A program made the translations under genes and the position numbers. The notes below the pieces were generated by a model. The model saw only the letters and a program-made list of their open reading frames with translations. It did not search any database and had not been told where the DNA came from. Of a stretch of 64,000 nt of DNA, positions 14,281-27,815 are shown piece by piece. How positions within the stretch are numbered: position 1 is the first letter of the stretch; every line of letters begins with the position of its first letter. The stretch is from Callorhinchus milii (taxonomy: Eukaryota), in NCBI RefSeq assembly GCF_018977255.1, contig NW_024704742.1, forward strand, positions 72,418,001-72,482,000. Direction: 5' to 3'.

Positions 14281-15489
14281 TAAGGACTGAGGTTTCATTG
14301 CAGCATGCACTGCCCTGAACGTGCTCTACACAGAGAAAATGTGACAATGTATTACAATCAGAAATCCTGGATGAGAATATTTGACTGAGACTACGAACAC
14401 AAGAAATATAGAGCATCAGTTTACAATTAACAAGCCTCATGTGAGACTTTTCTGCTTCAGAAAAGTTTTGGAAGTTGCAGGGAAGAAGTTAAGTCTACGA
14501 CCAAATGCTTCAATACATTCAATGGTTTCTGTTAGATCCCCTCTAATAGTTAGATCCCCTAGGACTTTGAGAGAGAAGGGAACTCAGCCTGGCTGAATGA
14601 GCAGGTCATAGCTAGGATGATAGCTGGGCATAGCAATTGGGTTTCATTCCTGAGAATAATTACTTTTTACAAACGTGGAATCATAGAAATTTGCAGCACA
14701 GAAGGAGTCCATTCAACCCATCAAGTCTGTACTGACTCTCAACACAAGCTGTCCATTCAATCCCACTGCCCCAGCCTATCCGCATACAGATTCAAGCTCC
14801 TATCATTATATACCTGTCTACTTCTTCTTGAAACCTACAAAGGACTCTTTAGGTAAATTAATTTAGAAATTGAGGAGTGCTACATGGCTTGTGAGCCAGA
14901 CCAATCCAGAGACTGAAAATGCTGCACACCTTACCCCACCCTGAGGTAAAAATTCCCTTCAGTGTCACGTGTAGCACCTATGGTGATGTATGTCTATAAT
15001 GGGAGATGCCATTAGTGGCTGATATTGCCTTTGGTGACCTGTATAATCCTGAACTGAAATTTTGCCTTTCTACCTCTATAATCTCCTCCAACTCCACTCT
15101 CCTACCTCTCTTCGCTCTCTTCACCAGGAAAACCTCCTATTCCTACAGCTGCTCTGTGCCACTCACCGATCTCAGGAGAGGGATTGAGAGAGGGGACTTT
15201 CAAAAAGTTTGATTTACAGCATAAGTCACAATACACAATCTCTTTCAAAGTAGCAGAACATTTGTTGATCAGATCTTTCATCTTGAAGGCCAAAGTAAAT
15301 ATTTACCATTATTTATCTTATCCGATGATCTGAAAGGCACTTCACTGATAGTGAAGATAGGTACGGGACTTTAATAATAATAATCCTTGCATTTGATGTG
15401 GTACCTTATAACATTGTCAAAACCTCTCAAAATGCTTCACGGGATTTTTCTGTGAATTGTAGTCACTGTCACTGTATATTGTGTCACCT

Positions 15490-17782
15490 GAATATGTCCC
15501 CTGTATATTGTGCCCCTTCCTCTCTCATCACCACCATATCATTGACAAAGCGATCTCGGACCATCACTTCATCTACCTCCTCAATCCCTCTCCCCACCGC
15601 CACCCAACCCAGCTCCATCTCATACATCCCCTGGGAAAAATCTCCCTACCCTCCCTCTTGGCCGTCTTGGAGTCATCTGAACTCCTTCCCCTCTGGGCAT
15701 CCTCCTGCAATGACCTATCCTCCTCGGTCACCCTTCTCCACAGCTCCCACTCCTCCACTCTCGATTCCCTCACTCGCCTCTCTTCCCAAACTGTTTCCTA
15801 CTCACGCAAATCACCTTGGTACACCAGCCACCTCCTCTCCCTTAAAGCCCAGCGCTTTCCGCTGAGCGCACCTGGCTTAAATCAAACCTAACTGTCCATC
15901 GGCAGATTTGGCTGGACCATGTCAAATCCTACCGTTCCGCCCTCGCCTCCGCTAAATCGTCGTTCAATTCCAAGACAATCTTGGAGGCCAAGGTCAACCC
16001 GAGGCTCCTTTCTCCAACACGAACCAGCTCCTCTGCCCACACTCTCATGCCTCGCCCATCCTCACCTCAATGCCAACTGCGAGGAGATGCTGGACATCCT
16101 CGAATCCAAAGTCAAAGGAATCAGCTCAGATGCCTCTGCCACTGCAACTGCTACTCCCTTCCCATCTCCTCCTCGCACCCCAGCCCCTACCCACCCCTCC
16201 CTCCACACCTTTGAACCTGTCTCCCCCCCCTCTCTCATCACCACCATAACCCATATGAAACCCATCACCTGCTCCCTCGACCCCATCCCTACCACCTTCC
16301 TTACCTCTCAGCTCCACCTCCTTGCCCCTCTACTCACTGACATCGTTAACCTCTCCCTGTCCTCTGGTACTGTTCCCACCCCTTTAAAAACAGCTGTCAT
16401 CACTCTTATCCTTAAAAAACCCTCCCTGGACCCTTCTCTACTCCTTAACTACCGCCCCATCTCCAATCACCCCTTCCTCTCGAAGGCCCTGGAACGAGTT
16501 GTTGCTTCTCAGCTTCACTCCTTCCTCTGCCACCATTCCCATCTCGAATCCCCCCAATCAGGTTTTCGTGCCGCCCACAGCACAGAAATGACATTCTGCC
16601 CATCTGCGACCAGGGCTCCCTCTGCCTCCTCCTTGGTCTTTCTACTGCTTTCGACACTGTCGATCACTCCATCCTCATCCACCACCTCTCCTCTCACCTC
16701 AACCTCCACGGCTCTGTCCTTGATTGGTTCAGATCGTACCTCTCACACCGTGTGACTTCATCTCCTCAAATAGCTTCTCCTCCAGCCCCCGCACAGTCTC
16801 GTGCGGCGTTCCTCAGGGCTCTGTCCTTGGTCCCCTCCTCTTCAACATCTATATGCTCCCTCTTGATGACATCATCCACAGACATGGGGTCAGCTTCCAC
16901 ATGTATGCAGATGACACCCAACTCTATCTCTCTGCCTCCACCTTTGACTCCAGGACCATTGCTGTACTGACAGAATGTCTGTCGGACAAGTCCTGGATGA
17001 GAGCTAACTTTCTCCCGTTGAACGTCAACAAGACCGAGGCTGTCCTGATTGGCTCCCGTCAGCGCCTCCACACCTCAGGCACTGACAGCATCACCATCCA
17101 CGGCTGCACACTCCATCTCACTGAGCCAGTCCAGGACCTTGGGGTCTTGTTTGAAGCTCAACTATCCTTTCTACCCCACATCTGCGCCATGACCCGTTCT
17201 GCCTTCCCCCACCTCTGCAACATCGCCTGTCTTCGACACCGTCTCACACCACAGGCCGCTGTAACCCTCATACATGCCTTCATTACATCAAAGCTGACTA
17301 TGCAAACTCCCTGCTTGTCGGCCTCCCCAACTCCTCCCTCCACAGGTTGCAGATCATCCAGAACTCTGCAGCCTGTGTCCTCTCCCGCACCAGGCTCCGC
17401 AACCCTATCACCCCCATCCTTGCCCAACTCCACTGGCTTCCCATCAGACAGAGGATACAGTCCAAGATCCTGGTCCTCGCCTTCAAAGCCTTCCACGGTC
17501 TTACCTCCCCGACCTCTGTGACCTCCTAACCCCCTACCACCTTGCTCGTTCCCTCCACTCAGCGGGCTCCGGCCTGCTTCACATCCCCCACCTCGCTCAC
17601 CCCACTATCGGTGGGTGGGCCTTCCACCTGCGCCCACCCTCTGGAACTCCATCCCGCAGTCCCTCCGTTTCGCCCCCTCCTTTGCCACCTTCAAGACCCA
17701 CCTCCAGCTGTCCAGCGCTTTGGGACGTCCTCCCTGACATGAAAGGCGCTATACAAATGTAATTTTGTTGTTGTTTTTGTTG
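15490..17782 (+). mobile_element. L2-clade LINE, 5'-truncated ORF2 (RT) plus 3' tail, lineage A
   Basis: [56 protein letters not shown]; ends in stem-loop tail plus (TTG)n; frameshifted. Confidence 0.92.
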
Positions 17783-19563
17783 TCTCTCAACACTACTTCT
17801 AGTCCCCGAATAATGTCTGGGTCACTGACTGGAACTGAGTCAAGAAGGTAACTTTCCCCTCGTGGGCTCCCTGACACACTGAGCCAGGAAGCAGCCATGC
17901 ACTACATTTACAATCTCCTTCCCATTTGGACATTCCCAGTTAATGTTGGGCTGATTGAATGCCACCATCAATACTGCCCTCTTTTTCTCACATACATTCC
18001 TAATATGATCATACAGTGAGATGTTGCTCTCCTTACCTTGTCCTGGGGGTTGTAACAAACCCCAAATGTTAGTCTAGCTTTGTTCTCATTGAGCACATCT
18101 AACCAAAGGATTTCATACCATGATTGATCCAGCAAAGTTAGCTCACCTCCCAAGTATCCCTTATATATATTGAAACCGCTCAACCTTCTTATCACTCCAT
18201 CTCACAGAGCTGGTCCGGAACCTCAATGTCTTATCTTACTCCCAACTATCCCTGAAACCCCACATACATACTCTTACTCGCTCAGCTTTTCCTTACCTCC
18301 ATAACACTGCCTGCCTACACCACTACCTCTCCCCACAGGTCGCCATGCATTTATCACATCCAGGCTTGACTACACCAACACTCTGTTCGCCAGACTCCCC
18401 AGTTCTTCTGCAGACCCTCCACAAGCTGCAGACTGTCCAGAACTTTGTAGCCAGTTTCCTCTCCTGCACCTATCACCCCATTCTCGTGAAGGCTCCATTC
18501 ACGTCCTCACCTCACCCTACCTCTGTGACCTCCTTCAAACATACTGACCCAGCTGCTGACTTTGCTCAGCAAGCACTGAAATACTCGGTCACTCCACTTC
18601 ACAGCAAAATAACCTGGGTGAGATACCTGGTAAACAGCACTGTTCATCTGTCTCTCAGTGATGCCCAACAACCCTTAAAATTACACAATACATTTACAAT
18701 ACAGTTTACTTTATAAACTGTATACTTTGAGGTACATTATCTCGGTGATAAAAGGCAAAATGGTGACATCCAAGAACAAAGCAAAAACACATTGGAAAAA
18801 CCTACACGTTATCTCACAAACCTGACTTTGTTATATAACGATTTTAAATGTGTCCTTAGCAAGGAGTGAGTGCTGTGGGACACATGATCCTTCACCTGTC
18901 ACATCAGCAGATGGTTCACACCAACAGTTGCACTTGTCTATTGACTGACATTCGCTGGCAACTCTCAGCTGATAAAGACTGAACCACTTTCAATTAACAG
19001 TGGTTTTCCCTCTAGATTGCAACACACTGAGTGCCTGGATGGAAAAGCATGACTTCATCTTGCTTCTGCACTTTGCAGCTCTCACAGCTAGACTGGCGCT
19101 GGACAAGATTGTTTTACATTCCATTTTTCTAAATGATTCATGCCGTATGGGATTGTGTTAATTCTTTTACGACTGACTTAACGATTGCTTTGCCCTTTAG
19201 GGAGATATGAAGTAGGTGACGTGATCTTGTTGTTGGGAGTACTTATTCTAAATCTGTTCAGTTTCAGAGCTGTAATTCTACAGATTTTGGCTGGTTTTGC
19301 CCTAAGTACAAAGATTACAAGATAATATAGGCTCACCAGCAGGTAGTTTTAAAATGTATATATATCTTCAGGTAGAGCTACAGTCTAAAAACAACAAAAA
19401 CTTGCAGTTATATAGTGTTCTCCATGCAGGGTAGCATTTCAGAGCGCTTAACAGTGACAGAGCCATTATTGTAAGATGCATTGAAATCAGAGTGTTTTTT
19501 CTGACGAATGCTGCTTCCCCTTTCTTTTCAGGCACAGTAGACATGGCAGGCAGGATCGGTGCG

Positions 19564-19782
19564 AGGGTACAAAAAGTGAATGCTGAGCAGCTCTGGTCAC
19601 ATTAGTAATACATGCCGACTACATATCCCAGTTGAAAATGTCATTTCAGACTGAAAACTCAAAACCCCTTGAGTGAATGTGAGTTGTTGAGGGCCTGTGG
19701 TACCACATATGCTCCTGATCACAATTGAAATATTATTTGTGTGATTTTCATGTATATTGGAAGAGAGTAAATAGGAATTTTG
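19564..19782 (+). repeat. ~215-bp direct duplication, second copy at 29080-29293
   Basis: Direct alignment by eye shows only a few substitutions and two short indels. Confidence 0.9.
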
Positions 19783-20255
19783 ATTCACTGGATTAGCAGG
19801 AGTACGTGCTTTAACAGATGGGACTGAATTCAGGTTTAATGTGTATATTGGCATCATTGGGCTATGCTGCACTGTACTACAAAGGATTATTTTAAATGTA
19901 CTGTGTACTGTGTATTACTTTGGTGAATTGAATGGACCTTAAACTTGCTGATGCCAATCACCAAATAAATATTTGCTCTCCATGACGCTGAACTGAATCA
20001 TCAAAACAATACCTGGAATTATTGTGAGGAGCAACATACAAGTGTCCATGTTGAATGAGTCTGATAATATTGCATAATACAATATAAACGCTACAGAGAT
20101 TTCCTCGAAACGTAGAAAGAAGAGCAAGGCAATAATCTGTGAAGAGTATTACATGCCTTTTCTAGACCTGACCAGTCAGAGTCAGTAGAGGCCGAGATTC
20201 CATCTAGTGGGGTTTATCATAAACATTGAATTATTAAACTATTTAGTCCATTTAG

Positions 20256-20630
20256 GTGGAGTCCTGCAGCTCAGTGGTTAGAGCACTCGACTTGCAAGCG
20301 AGAGACCTGGGTTTGATTCCCAGTAGGGCAAAACCTTGGGCAAGTTTCCTTACTCCACACGCCTGATAATAATCCCTCAAGAAAAAAATAAAATAAAAAT
20401 AATAACTTGGTCACTCAATCCACGACTATTTGTTGGACGTAGCTGCGTGCAATTGGCTGCCGCATTTCGCCCACAAATATAATTCACTTTACAGCGTGTT
20501 CTGTGAAGTGCTTTGGGACGTCCTCCCGATGTGAAAAGCGCTATATCAAATGCAAGGATTATTATTATTATTATCAAGAAGACGTGAAAAGCGCTATATC
20601 AAATGCAAGGATTATTATTATTATTATTAT
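20256..20630 (+). mobile_element. tRNA-derived SINE with a duplicated 3' tail
   Basis: Same family as 869-1195; second tail at 20579-20630. Confidence 0.9.
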
Positions 20631-21178
20631 TTCATGCTGAGATGGTTGCCCACTGGGAAGCTTGCAGGGATTTCCTTGTACCTACTGTCCACCAAGTGAG
20701 GGCTAAAATCCACGCTTGTCGGATGTTGAATGACCACAACAACAACAACTTGGATTTATATAGCGTCCTCCATGCCGGATGGCGTCTCAGAGTGCTTGAA
20801 CCAACCAGTGACTATCTTACTTGGGGCAGATAAGCAGCTTCTCTTGGAGCTGAACTGGCTCCAAGGTGACATACCTGGTAACAGAATGTCAGAATTGAGC
20901 CAGGCCTCTGTGATGGTCTCTAGTCTGGTTCCTGATCCAGGCAGGTCTGCAGTATTCCAGGGCACTGCTGATGACGGCACAGCCCAACCTGGCTCACTGG
21001 CAGCATCTGGAAGGGCAGACCAGTCACTGAGGGTAGGGAGTCATCCCGCTAAGATCCTGTTAACCCTGTAACCAAGGCCCTAGTTGGTATAGTGGTCCCA
21101 GCTGGACAAGCAGTGGATGTGGTTTTAGCTGGTTAGACACCAGCAGTTACCCCAACGCACACTCGGAGGCAGGTCGGA
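20625..21178 (+). repeat. Unclassified interspersed repeat; copies at ~28683-28870(-), 32060-32400, 47810-48165, 48410-48520(-)
   Basis: Shared CAGTATTCCAGGGCACTGCTGATGAC(G/A)GCACAGC...CCTGGCTCA and CTGGACAAGCAG...GGTTAGAC.CCAGCAGTTACCCC. Confidence 0.7.
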
Positions 21179-22394
21179 TATAGAATCTGAAGAAAGTGAA
21201 CAAGAAGAAGAGTACAATATTGAAGCAGTGGAATTTATAAAGAGAGTACACACAAAAGAAAAAGAAAACAACAACAAAATTACATTTGTATAGCACCTTT
21301 CACATCAGGAGGACGTCCCAAAACATGAGTAGATAGTATATCTATGGTGTAAAAAAGTAAGGAAATTCATTCAGTGCAAATTAGATACAGGAGCACAGGA
21401 GGCCAGTGTAATGTCATGGAAATAATATCTAAAATTGAGAGAACTAAATAAGGAAAAAATGGAGAAAGGGAAACTAATGGCATATAATAACCCAAAAATT
21501 GAAACAGTGGCTGAGTAGAGATAGAAGTGATCTACAAAGGGAGACACTATAGAATAAAATTCTACATTGTAAAAATAAAAGCTGATACTTTATTAGGACT
21601 GGAATATATGATAAAAACGCGAGTGTTAAAAAGAATTGGGAATGTTAAAACAGAGGAAAGTGAACCAAGGGAGATGGAAGAAACAATAGGAAAATATAAA
21701 CAGGGGTTCGGAAAGAAAGGATTGATGAAAGGAGATTACACAATAAGGTTAGAAGAGACAATACCACCAATAATTCAGCCAATAAGGAGAGTACCAGAGG
21801 CAATGAAAAAAAGACTGAAAGTAAAATTAGACCACCAACAACAACAACAACAATAAGATTATATTTCTTTAGCGCCTTTCACGTCGGGAGTCCCAAGGCG
21901 CTGGAACCAAATGGAAAGGCACCAAATAATAAAAACTGGACAAACCCATTGAGTGGGTGAGTGCAGTAGTAATCATAGAGAAACCAGACAAATCATTAAA
22001 GATATTTTAGATCCACAACAGTTAAATAGGGCTACAAAAAGGGAACATTATGCAATTCCCACTTTAGAAGATGTGCATGCTTTACTACATGGAACTAATT
22101 ATTTCTCAATATTAGATTGCTCCTCGGGGTATTGGCAAGTCAAATTGTCAAAGGATTTGACAAAGTTTATGACACAGTATGGGAGGCATTGCTTCCAAAG
22201 AATATCCTTTGGCATCAAGTCAGCACAAGAGGTGTTTCAAAAAAAATGTGACAGATATTGGAAGAAATACCAAGGGTGATCAATTATATTGATGCCATTT
22301 TGATATATGGTAAAACACAGAAATAACACGATGAAAGGTTGGGGAAGGTATTAAAAATATATAAAAATATAAAGCTAAACAAAGAAAAATGCAG

Positions 22395-22528
22395 AAAACA
22401 AAACACAAAATACTGCAGATGCTGTAATCTGAAACAAAAACAGAGAGCTGGGAAAACTCAGCAGGTCAGGCAGCATCTACGGATAAAGAAAAGTGAGTCA
22501 ACGGTTCTGACCCTTCGTCAGAACACAG
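22395..22528 (-). mobile_element. Penelope-like terminal-repeat fragment inserted in Gypsy RT
   Basis: Interrupts KLNKEKCR|IGVTGIKYVGH; same family as 51425-51562 and 62468-62633; contains CTGACGAAGGGTC on the minus strand. Confidence 0.6.
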
Positions 22529-24533
22529 GATAGGAGTAACGGGAATAAAATATGTAGGACATATAATTACCCAAGAGGGGTTAAAAATTGATCAGAACTA
22601 GGTAATAGCAATAACAAAAATGCCCGCACCAATAGATAAAAATGTAATAAAAGGACTTATGGGACATGTGAATTGGGTGGCAAGATTTATTCCAAAAGTA
22701 ACTGAAATAATAGAACCAATAAGGGAGTTTATAAAAGAAAATAGAGAGTTCATATGGGGAAAAGAACAGAAAAAAGCTTTTCAGCAAATAAAAGAGGTTA
22801 TAACAAAAAGTCCATTATTAAAATTTTATGATGTACATATGCGCCTGTTAAAATATCTGTAGATGCAAGTAAAACAGGGCGATACTAACTCAAAGAAAAG
22901 ACGATAGGATATGCATCGGGAGCTCTATCAGAGACAGAAAAAAAATATGCACAGATAGAGAAAGAGTGCTTAAGCAGTCATATTTGGATGCGAGAGATTT
23001 AAACAATATGTATTTGGAAAGAAAGTAATAATAGAGAATGATCACAAAGAGACAATGTTTCAGAAGGGACTAAATGAAGCACAGCCGAGGTTACAGAGAA
23101 TGAGGATACGGCTACAAAGGTACAATTTAGAGTTTAGATATAAGCCAGAAAATACTTTATACGTGGCAGATACACAGACTAGGGCCACATGTCAAAGTGG
23201 GAATAAGGAGGATAAACAATTCGAAAGGGAAATGGAGTTCCAGGTTTGGCAATCACAAAAGCAGCAAGACTTGAGAATGAAATAATAGTAGTAAACAAAA
23301 AAGATAAAGTGAGTAAGGAAATTCAAACAATGTTGAACAAAGGTTGGCCAGAAAATAGAAAAGATGCACTAGAGGAGGTATGACCATACTGGGAGTATAG
23401 AAATGAAATGTATCAGAAAAAAGGAATAATATATAAAGGACAATGGACAATAATTCCAAAAGAGTTACTTTTTTTTGAGAAACTTACATGAAGGGCATTG
23501 GGGAATAGAAAACCTGAAGAGAAGAGCAAGGGAAGTAATATTTTGGCTGGGTATAAGTAAACAAATCGAGGACTACATAGGAACGCATGAGACATGTGTG
23601 ACACATCAAAACAGAGAAAGGCATAAACCTTTAATGGGGCACCAGAGACCGAACACGGGAGGGACAAAATTAGGAACAAATTTGTTCTGTTATAATGGTA
23701 AAGTTTATTTATTAATTATACTCTAATACCTCTAATTATACACTATACCTCGAAATATAGTGAATATGCAGAATTAAATGATACAACTGCAGAAACAGTA
23801 ATAGACAAGACTAAAGAAATATTAGCAAGGCGTGGAATACCAAGGGAATTATTAAGTGATAATGGGCCACAATTTATGAGTGCTGAATACAAAAATTCAC
23901 AAAACAGTGGGACATAGATCACAGAACATCATCACCAGTATATCCATGAAGCAATGGGATGGTGGAAAGAACAGTAAAGACAATAAAGAAAATGTGGAAG
24001 AAAGCCAAGGAATCAAGGGAAAGATAAATATTTGGTATTTCTAGCCTACAGAAATATGCCGATTAATGACCAGGGACTGTCACCGGCACAGATGTTGATG
24101 TCCAGAGATTAAGAGATGGGTTAATATGGGAGGAAACAAAATTGAGACCACAGGTACAGAGAAAAATAAATTGGAAGAAACAAGCGCAAGAGCCACGAAA
24201 GGAAAACACTTTCAAAAAAGGAGAAGCCATATTGTTTTGGAGGAAAACCTTAAAAACAGAAGGATGGATAAAAGGAAAAAATTAGGGGGAAAGATAAGAA
24301 CCCCAGATCATATTGCGTAAATTATGAAAAAAGAAAGATATATAGATGAACATCATGAGAGATCAAACAAAGAAAAATAAAGAAAATACAAGAGGGAAAG
24401 GAAAAGCAGAAGGAAAATCAAGGAGTGGCAGAAACGATAAGAACAACAAGATGCGGAAGAGAAATAAAAAGTCCACAAAGAATGATCGAACAAGATTGAA
24501 AAAAAAGAAGAAAAGTAACTAAAAGAAGGAAGA

Positions 24534-24709
24534 TGTTACATATTGCTTTAAGGCTAAATTGGCAATTGGACATTGACAATGAGAAGCAAGCAGGAAGCAT
24601 AAAAGGATTCTAGGACAGTGACTGGGCAGAGTGTTCACAGGTGGAAGTATAAGGTTGAAATAAAGGAATTATTGAATCTAAACTGTGTTGTGGATTGACA
24701 AATACTGCA
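24534..24709 (+). repeat. Probable 3' LTR of the Gypsy element
   Basis: Polypurine tract AAAAGAAGGAAGA immediately followed by TG; internal CATAAAA and AATAAA; ends at CA. The end is approximate because no 5' LTR is present for comparison. Confidence 0.55.
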
Positions 24710-27496
24710 CTCACCCTCTTAGGCTTCCACCCCCTGCTCAGATACACAGCCAGCAATGTTAAGTACTCCTGACATGAAATGAATATAAATCTACATTATG
24801 CGAAATGGAGATTTATCTATATTTTAAATCCATTTAAATGTAAATTGCATTGTATGATGTTCAAACCGTTTGCTGTAGAAAAGGCAGTTGGAATTTCAAG
24901 GTACTTTTCCTGGTGGCTTTACTCAAGAATGTTACCACTTTCCCTGCAAGCGTTTTTCAACCCCAACATCATTGTCTAATAAAGCAACAGAGCTGCCCAC
25001 TATCAGGTTCTCCACAATACAATACAATACAAATTTACATTTATATAGAGCTTAGAATATTGTGGGACCTCCCAAAATGCTCCAGCAACATCCAGTGCTA
25101 CATAAATGCAGGCAATTGGGGCGTCTGTGCTCTGGATAGCTTGACAGTATCTGATGCATTCAGGTATTGAGGCAAGTAACTATCCATATACCTCAGCAGC
25201 AGAGTGAGGAGGGGGTACTTGTTCATGTGTCCATGAACCCTGGTTGTCTGCAAGCTGTGCTTCTTGATATTTGTTACTTTTACTTTGTAAGGGCCCAATT
25301 TTACAGGCTTGTCTAATGAATCTTTGGGAAGTAAACGTAGACACCTACCTACCTGAATTATTGAGATCTAATGGCAATCTGTTACTTCATTGAATCATTG
25401 AATTCTACTCCCTGTTTAGTAATAATCCTTTGGATGTGATAATAAACCTAATTCTGTGATTTCTACCACTAACTAGCAGTTTACTTCTTTCAATAAAATT
25501 CACTGCCACTGGTGCCACCTATTCTCTGTGTATTTTTGAATCCTTGTACTTGCAAACAGAGTGTTTGAGGGAGAGGGGAATAGAAGGGTATGAGAGGAAG
25601 TAAGGAATGGGTGAAGACTTGTGTGGAGTATAAACGCCGGCAAAGACTGGTTGGGCTGAGTAGCCTTTTTCTGCGCTGTACATTCTTTTTAAGTGTGGAA
25701 TATATCCTGGGAACACAGTGCGCAAATGATAAAACTTCATTCTAATTCTTTCCCATATGACATGATTTGGTTAACCTGTGTTTAAACAGTGATTCATTAC
25801 CAGTTTCTCTGGCTATGCTTTATTAGAACTGATAAAACAGCAACTAAAAAACAGGTTACAAGGTCATTAGATCAGGAGATAGATGTATTAAATAATATTT
25901 TGAGAAGATGGTTGGGTCGACAAGATGGGCCAATGTACTAGTCCTGCCAGAAACATCTAACTATTTTACTAATCTGTTATTGGATTAGGTATCGTCTTAT
26001 CCATTATTAATTCTACCAAGAACTAACAAAACTGCAATGAAAATAATTTTATTATTTTTTTCTCCAACTATTTTGTAACTCAGCTTTGCTCAGTTTCTTC
26101 CCTTTATTATTCTATCCTTTTTGACCATTGTTAGATCGTTCTTTGGCTGGCCTTAAAATGTCACCAGCCAGATTGAGGTCTAATTTGCGGTATTGCTCAA
26201 TCTGGATTCTTTAATAAAGAAGCTGAGCTGTGCAAATGGAAACCAGAAGTCACAATAACTGGCAGAAATTCTGTTTGACTCATTTTGTTTCTGGAGCAAA
26301 ATTCCTGTGGGTTGATCAGAATTCTAACAGGAATTATTTCTTTTTGAAATTCTGTAAATTAGATCAATTCTCTAATTTGACTGAATCTCGCTGGTAACCA
26401 TATGAGTAACACTTTACCCTTCAGGAACTTGGCTTTGATTTAACCAGAAAAATATTGCCTCAGATTGGAGTGCCTGCAGGCTAGTGTGACACCCAATCAG
26501 TTACTGGCAGAATATTTACAAATTTAGGATATCATTTCTGATCTCAATGTGAATCTCATGATCTATTCAGGACTTTGCCAATATTAAAAGGGCTGAAATG
26601 AATCTTACTTTCTAGAGCCAAATTTGCTTCATTTTTATTAAATATTCTAACCACATAAAGTGTCTGCCCAGCCACTCAGCATGGTTGTGTTACAAAAGTT
26701 AGTAGGTTTATGAAAGAAAGGGTTTAGTTGGTTTTATAAACTGATACAGATGGGAAATGGGGTGTTTCCTTTTAGAAGGTGGATTGCATTGTTCTCTGAC
26801 ATTCCTGGGAACCAGTAGATTCTTTCCAGGGTTTGTGCAAAGCAAGTTTAGGTTCAGACACCAGGGAATATTTCTTGGCACAGGGGGTAAACAATGGCTA
26901 GAACGGGTTATCAGGAGGCATGGTTGAGGGTGGGTTTCTGGACATTTTTAAGAGCAACTTGATGCTGAAATGAGAAAGCTATTGGGGTTGGTTCTCTGGA
27001 AGAATAAAATGGAATGAACTTCTCATTGTGAGTATGTTAATAGATTAAATAGTTCTTTACAGGATTGGTAATATTTGCATTATTATTGCTTTTCACATCA
27101 GGAGGATATCTCATTGTACTTTTATACAAAGGGTAGTGACTATATTTTGTAGGCAAAAGCATCAGTCAATTTGCATACAACAATGTTCCACAAACAGCCA
27201 TGAAGTGAATGACCAATTTTATCTGGAGGATTGTTGGCCAGAAAACCCAAAGAAATCCTTTCTTTTTTTAAATCATGCCACAAGATCTTTAAAGTCCACA
27301 TCAACAGATGGGAGCTTGTCTTAAAGTTTCATACAAAGGACAGTTGATGCAATGAAGGGTGGTGGGTTAACAACAATATGGTCTAATACGCAGGTTGGGC
27401 TGATAGCTCATGGATTGACCATGTTTGGATGCATTAACTAGGGAAAAGGATTATGAAATCATCTGTAATCTTTTCATTGGTGATTAATTGAAATTT

Positions 27497-27815
27497 GTGT
27501 AGTCCTGTAGTGTTTTGGTTAGACCAGTAGCCTTGCAAGCAAGTTTCCTTACTCCTTGCTCCTACGACTTGTTAGTCGATTGGTGGATCGCTTTTCCAGG
27601 GATAATAATCCCTTCAATAAATAATAATAATATGTGGTCACTCAATCCACAACTGTTTTTGAGACACTGCTGTGTGCAATTGGTTGCTGTGTTTCGCCCA
27701 CAAAATATACAGTCAATTCACTTTACAGTATATTCTCTGAAGCTCTTTGAGACGTCTCAAAGACACGATAAAGTACTATATCAAATGTAAAGATATTATT
27801 ATTATTTTTATTATT
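27497..27815 (+). mobile_element. tRNA-derived SINE, longer subfamily
   Basis: Head, extra GTTAGTCGATTGGTGGATCGCTTTTCC segment, same 3' part. Confidence 0.8.

Larger units (their letters stand above)
21180..24709 (+). mobile_element. Decayed 5'-truncated Ty3/Gypsy LTR retrotransposon (pol plus 3' LTR)
   Basis: Order PR-RT-RH-IN: protease KLDTGA (~21378), RT LDCSSGYWQ and YIDA (~22285), RNase H DASK/YAQIEKE/DHK, integrase LHEGHWG..CETC, SDNGPQF, SNGMVER. Many stops and frameshifts; A-rich. Confidence 0.92.

Noticed and set aside
15919..17521. Longest ORFs (278 and 265 aa) as a host or intact RT gene
   Set aside because: Frameshifted L2 ORF2 remnant.
19201..19325. Plus-strand TM-like exon (GRYEVGDVILLLGVLILNLFSF...)
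   Set aside because: No credible donor before the stop; hydrophobicity is explained by T-richness.
20960..21000. Hammerhead core or C/D box (CTGATGA) in the unclassified repeat
   Set aside because: No helix II followed by GAAA, and no paired D box or terminal stem.
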